DNA of 64,000 bases from Thermoanaerobaculia bacterium (GTDB lineage: Bacteria; Acidobacteriota; Thermoanaerobaculia; Multivoradales; Multivoraceae): contig OY762911.1 in NCBI GenBank assembly GCA_963666565.1, forward strand, positions 3,392,001 through 3,456,000. The letters run 5' to 3'. Positions 45,623 through 56,590 of this stretch are shown here, piece by piece (the first letter of the stretch is position 1; each line of letters begins with the position of its first letter). The notes under the pieces were generated by a model that saw only the letters and a program-made list of their open reading frames with translations, did no database searches and was not told the DNA's origin. Made by a program: the position numbers and the translations under genes.

Positions 45623-47064
45623 CAGGAACGCGCCTCCGCGACCGCCGCCACGGGCGTGACGGCGGCGGGGCCGAAGCCCACGATCCGCCCGACGGAGTCG
45701 TCGGCGAAGGCGTCGGTGATCTCGACGTCGACGATCCGGCCGGCGGCGAACGCGCCCAGGTCGGGAGTCCCCGGACCGTCGCCGGCAACGTCGTTGATCA
45801 GGACGCGGCCGTCGACCTCCGGCGCCATCCCCTGGTGGCGCGCCTGGAGCAGGTGCCCCGTCTCTTCGCACGGCCCCTCGACCAGCATCGGCAGCGTCCT
45901 GCCGACAAGACGCCGCCGCCGCTCCAGCGCGATGTCGCGCTGAAGCTCGAGCAGGCGCTCCCGGCGTTCCTCCGCGACCCGGCGCGGCGGCCGGTCCGGC
46001 AGCGAAGCGGACGGCGTGTCGCCTTCCGGGCTGTAGAGAAACGCGCCCAGGTGGTCGAAGCGCACCTCGGAGACGAACTCGAGCAGCCGCTCGAAAGCGG
46101 GCTCGTCCTCGCCCGGAAAACCGACGATGAAGGTCGTCCGCAGGCTGATCTCCGGGTCGAGCTCGCGCGCCCGCTCGAAGATCCGCCGGTAGCGCTCGGC
46201 CGATCCGCCCCGGCGCATCGCCCGCAACACCTCCCGGTCGGCGTGCTGGAGCGGCATGTCGAGGTAGGACGCCACCCGCGGTTCGCTCGCCATCAGGCCG
46301 AGCAGCGACTCGTCCAGGGTGGTCGGATAGGCGTAGAGGAACCGGATCCATTCCGCGTCCGTCTCCGCCAGCAGGACCTCCACCAGGCGGGCGAGGCCGT
46401 GCCGGCCGTAGCCGAGATCCTCGCCGTAGCGCGTCGTGTCCTGCGCCACGAGCACGAGTTCGCGGGCGCCCCGCGCCACCAGGTCCCGCGCCTCGAGGAC
46501 CAGGCTCTCGATGGGGCGGCTGCGGAGGCGTCCCCGCCACACCGGAATCGCGCAGAAGGTACACGGGTTGTTGCAGCCCTCGGCGACCTTCAGGTACGCG
46601 TACCCGCCGGTGGTCAGCAGCCGCGAGTCCCGGTGGTCGAACACCAGGTGGGACGCCGCCGGTTCCGCCGCGGGCGCGCCGCCGAGCTGCACCAGGGCGC
46701 CGACCCGCCGCAGCGAATCGAGATCGACGAAGCCGTCGATCTCCGGGATCTCGGCGGCGAGTTCCCGGCCGTAACGGTTCGCCATGCAGCCCGCCACGAG
46801 CACCTGCCGCACCGCCTCCCCGGCGTCCGCCTTGCGGGCGGCGACGTCGAGGATGGCGTCGATCGACTCCTCCCGGGCCTCGTCGATGAAGCCGCAGGTG
46901 TTGACGATGACCGTCTCGGCCCGGTCCAGGTCCCCGACCAGCTCGAAGCCCTGGCGGTCGAGGACTCCGAGCATGACCTCGCTGTCGACGTGGTTCTTGG
47001 CGCAACCGAGACTGACCAGGCCGACGCGGTGTCCGGCCGCGTCGGCCGGCGGGCCGGTCTCCAC
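45622..47064 (-). CDS. rimO: Ribosomal protein S12 methylthiotransferase (start uncertain: GTG 47064 or 47250)
   Basis: SLGCAKN.VDSE, NTCGFI, EGCNNPCTFCAIP, APEVDG. Confidence 0.93.
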   Translation of the reverse strand: METGPPADAAGHRVGLVSLGCAKNHVDSEVMLGVLDRQGFELVGDLDRAETVIVNTCGFIDEAREESIDAILDVAARKADAGEAVRQVLVAGCMANRYGRELAAEIPEIDGFVDLDSLRRVGALVQLGGAPAAEPAASHLVFDHRDSRLLTTGGYAYLKVAEGCNNPCTFCAIPVWRGRLRSRPIESLVLEARDLVARGARELVLVAQDTTRYGEDLGYGRHGLARLVEVLLAETDAEWIRFLYAYPTTLDESLLGLMASEPRVASYLDMPLQHADREVLRAMRRGGSAERYRRIFERARELDPEISLRTTFIVGFPGEDEPAFERLLEFVSEVRFDHLGAFLYSPEGDTPSASLPDRPPRRVAEERRERLLELQRDIALERRRRLVGRTLPMLVEGPCEETGHLLQARHQGMAPEVDGRVLINDVAGDGPGTPDLGAFAAGRIVDVEITDAFADDSVGRIVGFGPAAVTPVAAVAEARS

Positions 47065-47069
47065 CCGCG

Positions 47070-47222
47070 GCTGGGGGCGCGGGTCCGGCGACCCGCTCCC
47101 GCCGCGGGCGGCCAGGGAACGCTGGGTGCGCGGGTCTTCTGACCCGCTCCCGCCGTAGGCGGCCAGAGAACGCTGGGTGCGCGGGTCTTCTGACCCGCTC
47201 CCGCCGTAGGCGGCCAGAGAAC
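47070..47222 (+). repeat. Tandem array of three 51-bp family A units
   Basis: GCTGGGTGCGCGGGTCTTCTGACCCGCTCCCGCCGTAGGCGGCCAGAGAAC at 47121 and 47172; diverged unit at 47070. Confidence 0.95.
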
Positions 47223-47270
47223 GCGCCACCCTGGTCGGGCCTTCGGTCACGGTCGCGCCGGCAGCCCGCG

Positions 47271-49142
47271 TCAGGACGCGGCGGCCGCCGCCCGGCGGGG
47301 AGCGCGCCCCGACGGATCGAGGTCGTCCAGCAGCTTCTCGCGGCCGATGTGTCGTCCGCCCATCACGTCCTGCGCGGTGCGGTACTTCAGGTCGTCCTCG
47401 TTGTGCCACAGCTCGTGGAAGAGCTGCTTCACCCGCCGCCGCGACATGCGGCAGAAGAGATCGCAGAGCGCCGCGGAGTGGGCGGCGTCCGCCTTGCCGG
47501 CCTGCTCCTCGGACTGGGCGCGGGAGACCGAGGCGGCCATCGCGAAGAGTTCGTTGACGACGTCGACGAGCCGGAAGAGGAACATCTGCCGCCGCTCCAT
47601 CTTCTCCCGGTACACGAGCATCCCGTGGAAGCTCTCGCGCGCCAGCTTGCGCGCCGCGCGGTCGATGAAGCGCAGGTGCCTGCCGTACTTGCCGTACCCG
47701 GCGTAGCGGGGCCAGCGGCTCCAGGCCAGCCAGCGGGTCGGGTACCACCAGGCGTAGAACAGGCCGATCTTCGGCAGCGCCATCAGCTTGGCGCCCGTGC
47801 CGGCGCGCCGGTCGATCAGGGTGCCGGCAACCTGCAGGTGCTTGTCCACCGCCTCGCGGGCCATGATCAGGTGCATGATCTCGCTGGAACCCTCGAAGAT
47901 GCGGTTGATCCGGAAGTCCCGCATCATCCGTTCGATGCCGACCGGGTCCTCGCCCCGGTCGCGCAGCGACGACTCCGTCTCGTAGCCGCGGCCGCCGCGC
48001 ACCTGCATCGTCTCGTCGATGATCTGCCAGCCGCGCCAGGTGTTCCACTCCTTGCAGGCCGCGCTTTCGAGCCGCAGGTCGAGCCGCTTGTCGTTCGACA
48101 TGTGGCTGGCCAGCTTGACGATCGCCTCCATCGCGAAGCCGTAGGCCGCGATGTCGGAGATCTTCTGGGCGATCGCCTCGTGCTTGCCGATCGGCACGCC
48201 CCACTGAATCCGGCTGCCGCCGAACTCTCGCACCGCCTTGAGGCAGTACTTGGCGGCGCCCACCGAGCTGTTCGGAATCGACAGGCGGCCGTCGTTCAGC
48301 GTCGTGAGGGCGATCTTGAGCCCCCTGCCCTCCTTGCCGATCAGGTTCTCCTTCGGCACCCTCACGTTGTCGAACGCGATGACGCCGTTGGCCAGGGCGT
48401 TCAGGCCCATGAAGTGGCAGCGGCGCTCCACCTCGACGCCGTCCCAGTCCGTCTCGACGACGAAGGAGCTGATCTTCTCCGTCGCCGGATCCATCGCCAT
48501 GACGACGAGCAGCTTCGCCTTCGTGCCGTTCGTGCACCAGAGCTTGGTGCCGTTCAGCACGTAGGAGTCGCCGTCGAGCACGGCGGAGGTCGAGAGCCGG
48601 GCCGGGTCGGAACCGACCTCCGGCTCGGTCAGGGCGAAGGCCGAGATCTCGCCCGAGGCGCAGCGAGGCAGGTACTTCCGCTTCAGTTCCTCGCTGCCGA
48701 AGAGAGCGACCGGCTGCGGCACGCCGATCGACTGGTGCGCCGAGAGCAGCGCCGTCAGGTTGCCGTCGAACGAGCCGATCATCTCCATCACCTGGGCGTA
48801 CTCGACCTGGTCGAAGCCGAGGCCGCCGTACTCCGTCGGGATCTTCATGCCGAAGGCGCCCAGCCGGGCGAGGCCGTCGAGCACGTGGTCGGGGTAGTCC
48901 TCGGAAACGTCGATCTCGACCGGATCGACCTCGTCGCGCAGGAAGTCCGTCAGCGCGGAGTAGAACGACTCGAACTCGGGCCGCCATTCGTCGCGCGAGG
49001 GATAGGGGTTGATCAGGTCGAAGCGAAAGTTGCCCAGGAACAGCTCCTTCATGAAGGAGGGGTTCTTCCACTCCTTCTGGCGCGATTCCTCGGCGACCGC
49101 TCTCGCCTTCTCTTCACTCACTTGAACCTGCTGCTGGCTCAT
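47271..49142 (-). CDS. Acyl-CoA dehydrogenase (long, VLCAD/ACAD9-like)
   Basis: FALTEPEVGSD, GTKLWCTNG, GGRGYE, RIFEGSSEI. Confidence 0.9.
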   Translation of the reverse strand: MSQQQVQVSEEKARAVAEESRQKEWKNPSFMKELFLGNFRFDLINPYPSRDEWRPEFESFYSALTDFLRDEVDPVEIDVSEDYPDHVLDGLARLGAFGMKIPTEYGGLGFDQVEYAQVMEMIGSFDGNLTALLSAHQSIGVPQPVALFGSEELKRKYLPRCASGEISAFALTEPEVGSDPARLSTSAVLDGDSYVLNGTKLWCTNGTKAKLLVVMAMDPATEKISSFVVETDWDGVEVERRCHFMGLNALANGVIAFDNVRVPKENLIGKEGRGLKIALTTLNDGRLSIPNSSVGAAKYCLKAVREFGGSRIQWGVPIGKHEAIAQKISDIAAYGFAMEAIVKLASHMSNDKRLDLRLESAACKEWNTWRGWQIIDETMQVRGGRGYETESSLRDRGEDPVGIERMMRDFRINRIFEGSSEIMHLIMAREAVDKHLQVAGTLIDRRAGTGAKLMALPKIGLFYAWWYPTRWLAWSRWPRYAGYGKYGRHLRFIDRAARKLARESFHGMLVYREKMERRQMFLFRLVDVVNELFAMAASVSRAQSEEQAGKADAAHSAALCDLFCRMSRRRVKQLFHELWHNEDDLKYRTAQDVMGGRHIGREKLLDDLDPSGRAPRRAAAAAS

Positions 49143-49260
49143 CTGGTCGGCTCCTGTGGGGTGCTCTCTGCTGCTTGTGGGGAGTTTCGGCGCCCGATGC
49201 GGCTCGGGGCCGGGCCATTCTATCCGGCGGCGGGGAAACCGCCGCCGGGCCCCGGGCGGC

Positions 49261-50811
49261 TCAGTCTTCGGCGGCGCCCCAGCCGCCGCCGCCCGGCGTC
49301 TCGAGCACGAGCACGTCGCCCGGCATAACGTCCGCCTGGTCGACGGAGGCCAGCTCGCGCACTCCCCCGCCGGCGCGCCGGATGCGGGCGCGGCCCGGCG
49401 TCCCGCTCCCGCCGCCGTCGACGCCGTAGGGACGCTCCACCCGGTGCTGGCCCAGCACCGAGACCTGCTGCGGGGTGAGGAACCGCAGCTCGCGGCGCAG
49501 CCCGTCGCCGCCCGGATACCGGCCCGAGCCGCCCGAGCCGCGGCGCACGGCGAACCGCTCGAGCCGCACCGGATAGCGGTGCTCCAGCACCTCGGGATCG
49601 GTGATCCGGGTGTTCGTCATGTGGGTGTGGACGCCGCTGGCACCGGCGAATCCCGGCCCGGCGCCCGCGCCGCCGCCGACCGTCTCGTAGTAGCCGAAGG
49701 TGTCGTCGCCGAACAGGGTGTTGTTCATCGTGCCCTGGCCGCAGGCGCAGAGACCGAGGGCCTTGATCAGGGTGTCGACCACCCGCTGGCTGGTCTCGAC
49801 GTTGCCCCCGACGACCGCCGGGCAGAGGTTCGGGTCGGGCGGGAAGTCGGGGTTCAGCATGCCGGGCGGGATCTCGATCTCGATCGGCTCCAGCAACCCC
49901 TCGTTCAACTGAAGCGGCACGCCGATCAGCAGCCGCAGGACGTAGATCGTGGCGCTGCGGACGATCGCCGGGGTCGCGTTCAGGTTGCCGGGATGGACCG
50001 GCGCGCTGCCCGTGAAGTCGATCCGCGCCGAACCGCGGTCCACCGTTACCTCGACCTCGATCGGCGAACCGTCGTCCAGGCGTTCCCGGGCGTGGAACGA
50101 CTGCCGCCCGGTCTTCCGCGCGTGTTCCTCGAGAGCGGTCCGCATCCGGTCGGCGGCGCGCGAATGGAGCGCCGACATGTGGAGGCGCACCTCCTCCTCG
50201 CCGCTGTCCTCCGCGAGCTTCCGCAGGGCGGCCACGCCGCGCCGGTTCGCGGCGACGGCCGCGCCCAGGTCGGCGAGGTTCTCGGCCACGGAGCGCGACG
50301 GCGCCGGGCCGCGGCCGAGCAGCGCCTCCATCCGCTCCCACCGCGGCTCTCCTCCCCGGACGAGGTAGCGCGGCGCGATGACGACGCCCTCCTCCGCCAG
50401 GTTCCGGGCCTCCGGCGGCATGGAGCCCGGCCGGATGCCGCCCAGTTCGGCGTGGTGGGCGCGGTTGGCGACGTAGCCGAGCAACCGGTCCTCCACGAAC
50501 GCCGGCGAGATGACCGTGATGTCGGGCAGGTGGGATCCTCCATAGCCGGGATGGTTCGTCACGGCGACATCGCCCGGGCCGAGTGCGAGTTCCGCCGCGA
50601 CCCCGCGCACGCACTCGCCGAGCGCTCCCAGGTGGACGGGGATGTGCGGCGCGTTGACCAGCAACCGGCCATCCGCGTCGAGCAGTCCGCACGAGAAGTC
50701 GAGCCGCTCCTTGACGTTCACCGACATGGCGGTCCGCTGCAGCATGACGCCCATCTCGGAAGCGACGGCGGCGAACCGGTTGCCGAACAGCTCGAGACGA
50801 ACGGGGTCCAC
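49261..50811 (-). CDS. Hydantoinase B / 5-oxoprolinase B-domain protein
   Basis: [52 protein letters not shown]. Confidence 0.88.
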   Translation of the reverse strand: MDPVRLELFGNRFAAVASEMGVMLQRTAMSVNVKERLDFSCGLLDADGRLLVNAPHIPVHLGALGECVRGVAAELALGPGDVAVTNHPGYGGSHLPDITVISPAFVEDRLLGYVANRAHHAELGGIRPGSMPPEARNLAEEGVVIAPRYLVRGGEPRWERMEALLGRGPAPSRSVAENLADLGAAVAANRRGVAALRKLAEDSGEEEVRLHMSALHSRAADRMRTALEEHARKTGRQSFHARERLDDGSPIEVEVTVDRGSARIDFTGSAPVHPGNLNATPAIVRSATIYVLRLLIGVPLQLNEGLLEPIEIEIPPGMLNPDFPPDPNLCPAVVGGNVETSQRVVDTLIKALGLCACGQGTMNNTLFGDDTFGYYETVGGGAGAGPGFAGASGVHTHMTNTRITDPEVLEHRYPVRLERFAVRRGSGGSGRYPGGDGLRRELRFLTPQQVSVLGQHRVERPYGVDGGGSGTPGRARIRRAGGGVRELASVDQADVMPGDVLVLETPGGGGWGAAED

Positions 50812-50891
50812 GGGCGGAGTCTACGCGGGGGCCTCGGGAGTCGCTAAGGTACCGCTTCCAACGAGACTTCCCTGCACCCTGGAGCGCCGCG

Positions 50892-52514
<1,623 letters not shown>

Positions 52515-52526
52515 CGCGGCGGAAAC

Positions 52527-52570
52527 GGGTGCGCCGGCGTCCACGCCGGCATCCGGCGCGAAGCGCCGGC
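52527..52570 (+). repeat. REP-like double hairpin between convergent genes
   Basis: GGGTGC-GCCGGCG-TCCA-CGCCGGC-at-CCGGCGC-GAA-GCGCCGG. Confidence 0.65.
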
Positions 52571-52662
52571 TGCCATCCGCGCGCCCGATGACGGGCGCAC
52601 GGACTGGTTCACGGGTGACGCGGATCGCGCCACCCGGGTCCCGGACCTTCTGCCGCGCTAGC

Positions 52663-53529
52663 TCAGTCCGCCGACACTCCCAAGTGCTCGTTGAACCACG
52701 AGACGAGCGCACTCTCGGCGCGCTCGCCGTCCTCGCCGCGGAAACCGTGGGCGGCGCCCTCGATGACGATCAGCTTCGAGGCGACGTTCGCCTCGTCGAA
52801 GGCGGCCTTGATCCTCTCGCTGTTGGCGATCGGCACGAGCTGGTCCTGGTCGCCGTGGATCAGCAGGGTCGGCGGATCGTCCTCGCTGACGAACAGGATC
52901 GGCGAGATGTCGGCGGCCTTGGCGGGGTCGAAGTCGAGGGCCGGGAAACGGTCGTTCGGACCGACGATCCCCTGCAGGTCGACCGGCGGGAAGTAGGCGA
53001 CGACGGCCGCCACCCGGTTGCCGGTCCGCTCGATCGGGTCCTTGCTCTCGGCGTCTCCTTCGTCCGAGGCGTTGCCGAGCATCAGCGACAGGTGGCCGCC
53101 GGCGCTGCCGCCGAAGACGCCCATCCGGTCCGGGTCGATGCCGAAGTCGTCCGCGTTCAGGCGGATGTAGCGCACCGCCCGCCGCACGTCGGCGACCGCG
53201 TCGGGCACCTTGAACAGCGGCGCCGAGCCGTGGCGGACCATGAACACGGCGTAGCCGTGGTCCAGAAGATCGCCCACCGCGCCGGACCGGCCGCTCTCGC
53301 CAGCCACGATCCGGTGCGGGTCGGACCAGCGGGAGAACCAGCCGCCGCTGACCATGAAGAGCACGGCCGCTCCGTTCTGCTCTTCGGGCACCAGGGCGTC
53401 GAAGGTCATGGCCATGCCCATCTTGTGTCCGTAGACGACGTCGGCGTGGACGTCCGCGGCGGCGCCGCCGGCAACCAGCGGGGCGGCCAGCAGGGCCGCG
53501 GCGAGGAGGAGGGGGAGTGCGCGCTTCAT
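52663..53529 (-). CDS. Secreted alpha/beta hydrolase (esterase)
   Basis: Signal peptide, SGGW, GGSAGGH, HGDQD, HGF. Confidence 0.85.
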   Translation of the reverse strand: MKRALPLLLAAALLAAPLVAGGAAADVHADVVYGHKMGMAMTFDALVPEEQNGAAVLFMVSGGWFSRWSDPHRIVAGESGRSGAVGDLLDHGYAVFMVRHGSAPLFKVPDAVADVRRAVRYIRLNADDFGIDPDRMGVFGGSAGGHLSLMLGNASDEGDAESKDPIERTGNRVAAVVAYFPPVDLQGIVGPNDRFPALDFDPAKAADISPILFVSEDDPPTLLIHGDQDQLVPIANSERIKAAFDEANVASKLIVIEGAAHGFRGEDGERAESALVSWFNEHLGVSAD

Positions 53530-53646
53530 CTGTGTTCTCCTGATGTGTCGTGTCCTGATGTCCGGTGGATGTTCCGGCGCCCGAGGAATCCAGGCCCTCC
53601 GCGGATCGCTCCCGCGGACCGCGCCGGCGCCCGAGTCGTCCCCGCC

Positions 53647-55326
53647 CTACGGCCGGGCGCCTCCCGTTGTCTCCTGCGGCGACGCCGCGGGCCTGTCCCG
53701 TTCCGCGGCAACCATATCCGCCACGTCGGCGAGGAGCTCTTTCGCGTCGTAGACGATGCCGTCCTTGATCGTGTAGCGGACACCGCCGACCCGCTCCGGG
53801 CGGCCGGTGTCGTCGTTCAGCCGGACCGCGCCGGTGCCGTAGAGCACCTTCAGGTTGGCGATCGGGTTCTCGTCCACGACCAGCAGGTCGGCGAGCATCC
53901 CCTCACGCACGATCCCGAACTCGATGTCGGCGCCACTCGCCTTCGCGAGTTCCTCGGCGCCGTTCATCGTCGCCGAGCGGATGACCTCGAGCGGATGGAA
54001 GCCCGCCTCCTGCAGCATCTCCAGTTCGAGGATCGTGCCGAACCCGTAGGTCTGGTAGATAAAGCCCGAGTCGGAGCCCACGGTGACCCGGCCGCCGCGG
54101 TTCTTGTACTCGTTCAGGAACCGCATCCAGACGCGGTAGAAGTTCTTCCAGGCCACCTCGTCCGCGGTCGTCCAGTAGAACCAGTACGAGCCGTGGTCCA
54201 GGCGGCTGGGGACGTAGAACTCGGCGAGGCTCGGCAGCGTGTAGTCCGCGTGCCAGTCGGCGTTGCGCGCCCGCATCACGTCGCGGCCGGCGGAGTAGAT
54301 CGCCATCGTCGGGTTGATGAAGAAGTCGAGTTCCAGGAACTCCTCAAGCAGGGCGTTCCAGCGCTCGCCGCCGGGCTCGACCATGCTCCACTGCCGAGCC
54401 ACCTGACCGAAGCGGAACTGCTCGTCCATGTAGTTCATCTCGGCCGGCCAGGGCTGCACGTCGTGGCGCTCGTACATCGACTCGAACAGGCCGTAGAAGT
54501 GGGTCATCCCGACCAGGCCCAGGCGCGCGGAGTCGATCGCGTTCATGTTGGCGACGCCCATCTGGTCGAGGTGGGCGGTCGATCCCATGCCCAGACTCCT
54601 CGACTCGTCCAGCAGCGCCGCCATGATCTTCGGGGGAAACGCGCCGAGCTTGAGACCGTCCACGCCCTTCTCGTGGGCGTAACGCACCCACTCGCGGGCA
54701 TCGGCGGGGGTGCGGATGTCGCGGTCCTTCCACTCCTTGCCGCTGCCCGGACGCTGGTACGAGACGAACCGCGGCGCGGCGATCTCGTTCGTGCGGCTGC
54801 GCTCCTTCTCGCTCAGGTCCCACTCCAGCGGACCGGTAGGCACGCCGCGCGCGGTCGTGATGCCGTGCGCCAGCCACAGCTTGTAGACGTAGTCCGCCCG
54901 CGGCGCCTTGGGTACGCCGCCGGTGTGGACGTGAAGATCGACCAGGCCCGGCAGCACCCAGGAGCCGGAGAGATCGAGCTCACGGTCGGCGTCCTTCGGG
55001 CGCCGGCTCTCGTCGATCTCGGTGTTGGCCATGCCCAGGCTCTTGATCTCCTCGATCCGGTTGCCCTCGATGACGATGTCGACCGGCCCCATCGGCGGTG
55101 CGCCGGTGCCGTCGACCACCATCACGCCGCGCAGAATCAGCCGGTCGAAGGGGCCCTCGCCTTCTCCTTCCGGCCGCGGGGGCGCCGGTTCGACCAGCTT
55201 CGGCTCTTCTTCCTCTTCCGCGGCCACGGGCACTGCCGCCAGCCACGTCAGGGACAGGCAGACCAGGCCGAGCACGGGGAAGCGCCTTCGCGCGCGTTGT
55301 CCGGGAGGGACGAGTGACGATCGCAT
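53647..55326 (-). CDS. Secreted amidohydrolase family protein
   Basis: PGLVDLHVH, GSDSG, ADLLVV; AAGGAG RBS before ATG 55326; hydrophobic leader. Confidence 0.82.
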   Translation of the reverse strand: MRSSLVPPGQRARRRFPVLGLVCLSLTWLAAVPVAAEEEEEPKLVEPAPPRPEGEGEGPFDRLILRGVMVVDGTGAPPMGPVDIVIEGNRIEEIKSLGMANTEIDESRRPKDADRELDLSGSWVLPGLVDLHVHTGGVPKAPRADYVYKLWLAHGITTARGVPTGPLEWDLSEKERSRTNEIAAPRFVSYQRPGSGKEWKDRDIRTPADAREWVRYAHEKGVDGLKLGAFPPKIMAALLDESRSLGMGSTAHLDQMGVANMNAIDSARLGLVGMTHFYGLFESMYERHDVQPWPAEMNYMDEQFRFGQVARQWSMVEPGGERWNALLEEFLELDFFINPTMAIYSAGRDVMRARNADWHADYTLPSLAEFYVPSRLDHGSYWFYWTTADEVAWKNFYRVWMRFLNEYKNRGGRVTVGSDSGFIYQTYGFGTILELEMLQEAGFHPLEVIRSATMNGAEELAKASGADIEFGIVREGMLADLLVVDENPIANLKVLYGTGAVRLNDDTGRPERVGGVRYTIKDGIVYDAKELLADVADMVAAERDRPAASPQETTGGARP

Positions 55327-55360
55327 GAACTCTGCTCCTTGCGTTCTGCGGCGCAAGCTC

Positions 55361-56371
55361 CTAGGCGCGCGAGAGCGAAGGGCGCTCGTCCGAATCGACG
55401 ACGGCGCTCAGATAGAGCAGCGCCTGCCCTGGCTGCGGCGCCCGCACCAGCAGGTTGTGGGTGGCGGCGAGCACGTCGCGGCGGCTGATCTGGCCCACCA
55501 GCTGGCGGCCGCGGAGCACCGGCAGCCGGCGGTACGGCGTGCTCTTGAAGATGCGCGCGATGGACAGGATGTCCGTGTCCTCGGAGATCGTGCGCGCCTT
55601 GCGGTCCATGAACGCGGAGGCGTCGGTCGAATCGAGCTCGAAGTCCCCCGGCTCGCCCGCTTCGTCCGGCGCCGCCAGGTCCTCGAGGCCGAGTTCGCCG
55701 CTGCGCTCGCGCAGGATCGCCCGCCGGCCCTCGATCGCCGAGGTCAGGTGATGCTCGGCCGCGAGCACGTCGCGGCGGCTGACCTGACCCACCAGGGCGC
55801 CGCCGTCGACCACCGGCAGCCGGCGGTACTCCGTATCGAGAAAGCGCTGGGCGATCTCCAGCAGCGGCTCGGTGCCGTCGATCACCCGGCCGAAGTCCGT
55901 GTTCATGAAGGCATCGACCGGCGCCGCCGGCAACTGGTCGTAGGCCAGGCCGAGCAGCACCTCCATCGAGAACTTCTCGGAGAAGACGCCGAGCAGCTTG
56001 CCGTCGCCGTCGACGACCGGCGCGCCCGATATCCGGTTCCTGAGCAGCAGTCCGATCGCGTCGAGAGCCGACATGCCGGCCTGCAGCTTGACCAGGCGGG
56101 TGGCCATGAAGTCGCGGGAGCGGGTGCGCCGGCTCCGGGCCAGCCCCCGTTCGTCCGCGGCGCGAGCCGTCACCGTGAGGACCGCCAGGCAACTCTTCTC
56201 CGACAGCATCCCGAGGTAACGGCGCCCCTCGCCGATCACCGGCGCGCCGGTGATGCGGTGGCGCAGGAGGGCGCTGACGCCGTCGTAGACGTGGGTGCGC
56301 GGATGCACCGTGACCAGCCTGGTCACCATGACGTCCCGCGCGAGCTGGGGCTTGTCGATCGTCTTGTCCAT
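55361..56371 (-). CDS. Four-CBS-domain protein
   Basis: Two GAPV...SEK repeats followed by two YRRLPV...SRRDVL repeats. Confidence 0.85.
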   Translation of the reverse strand: MDKTIDKPQLARDVMVTRLVTVHPRTHVYDGVSALLRHRITGAPVIGEGRRYLGMLSEKSCLAVLTVTARAADERGLARSRRTRSRDFMATRLVKLQAGMSALDAIGLLLRNRISGAPVVDGDGKLLGVFSEKFSMEVLLGLAYDQLPAAPVDAFMNTDFGRVIDGTEPLLEIAQRFLDTEYRRLPVVDGGALVGQVSRRDVLAAEHHLTSAIEGRRAILRERSGELGLEDLAAPDEAGEPGDFELDSTDASAFMDRKARTISEDTDILSIARIFKSTPYRRLPVLRGRQLVGQISRRDVLAATHNLLVRAPQPGQALLYLSAVVDSDERPSLSRA

Positions 56372-56415
56372 CGGGCCGCTTCATCGTAGCAGCGGGGCGG
56401 TGGCCACGGCGGCGC

Positions 56416-56487
56416 GGGCCTCGCGGCCGGCGCGTTGTTTTCGGCCGCCTTCGGCGGCAGCGGGTCGGAAGACCCGCGCACCCAGCG
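56416..56487 (-). repeat. REP-like family A copy
   Basis: Reverse complement GCTGGGTGCGCGGGTCTTCCGACCCGCTGCCGCCGAAGGCGGCCGAAAAC. Confidence 0.9.
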
Positions 56488-56590
56488 GACGGCCAAGTCC
56501 GCGCGCGACAGCGCGGCCTCGCGGCTGCGAGCGCTGTTAGAGTTGCCGTTTCCGCAAGTCCAGGTTCACCGTCCGTCAAGGGAGAGTTCC

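Noticed and set aside
47070-47222. Possible CRISPR array
   Set aside because: Units are contiguous with no unique spacers, no cas genes are present, and the same unit occurs singly elsewhere.
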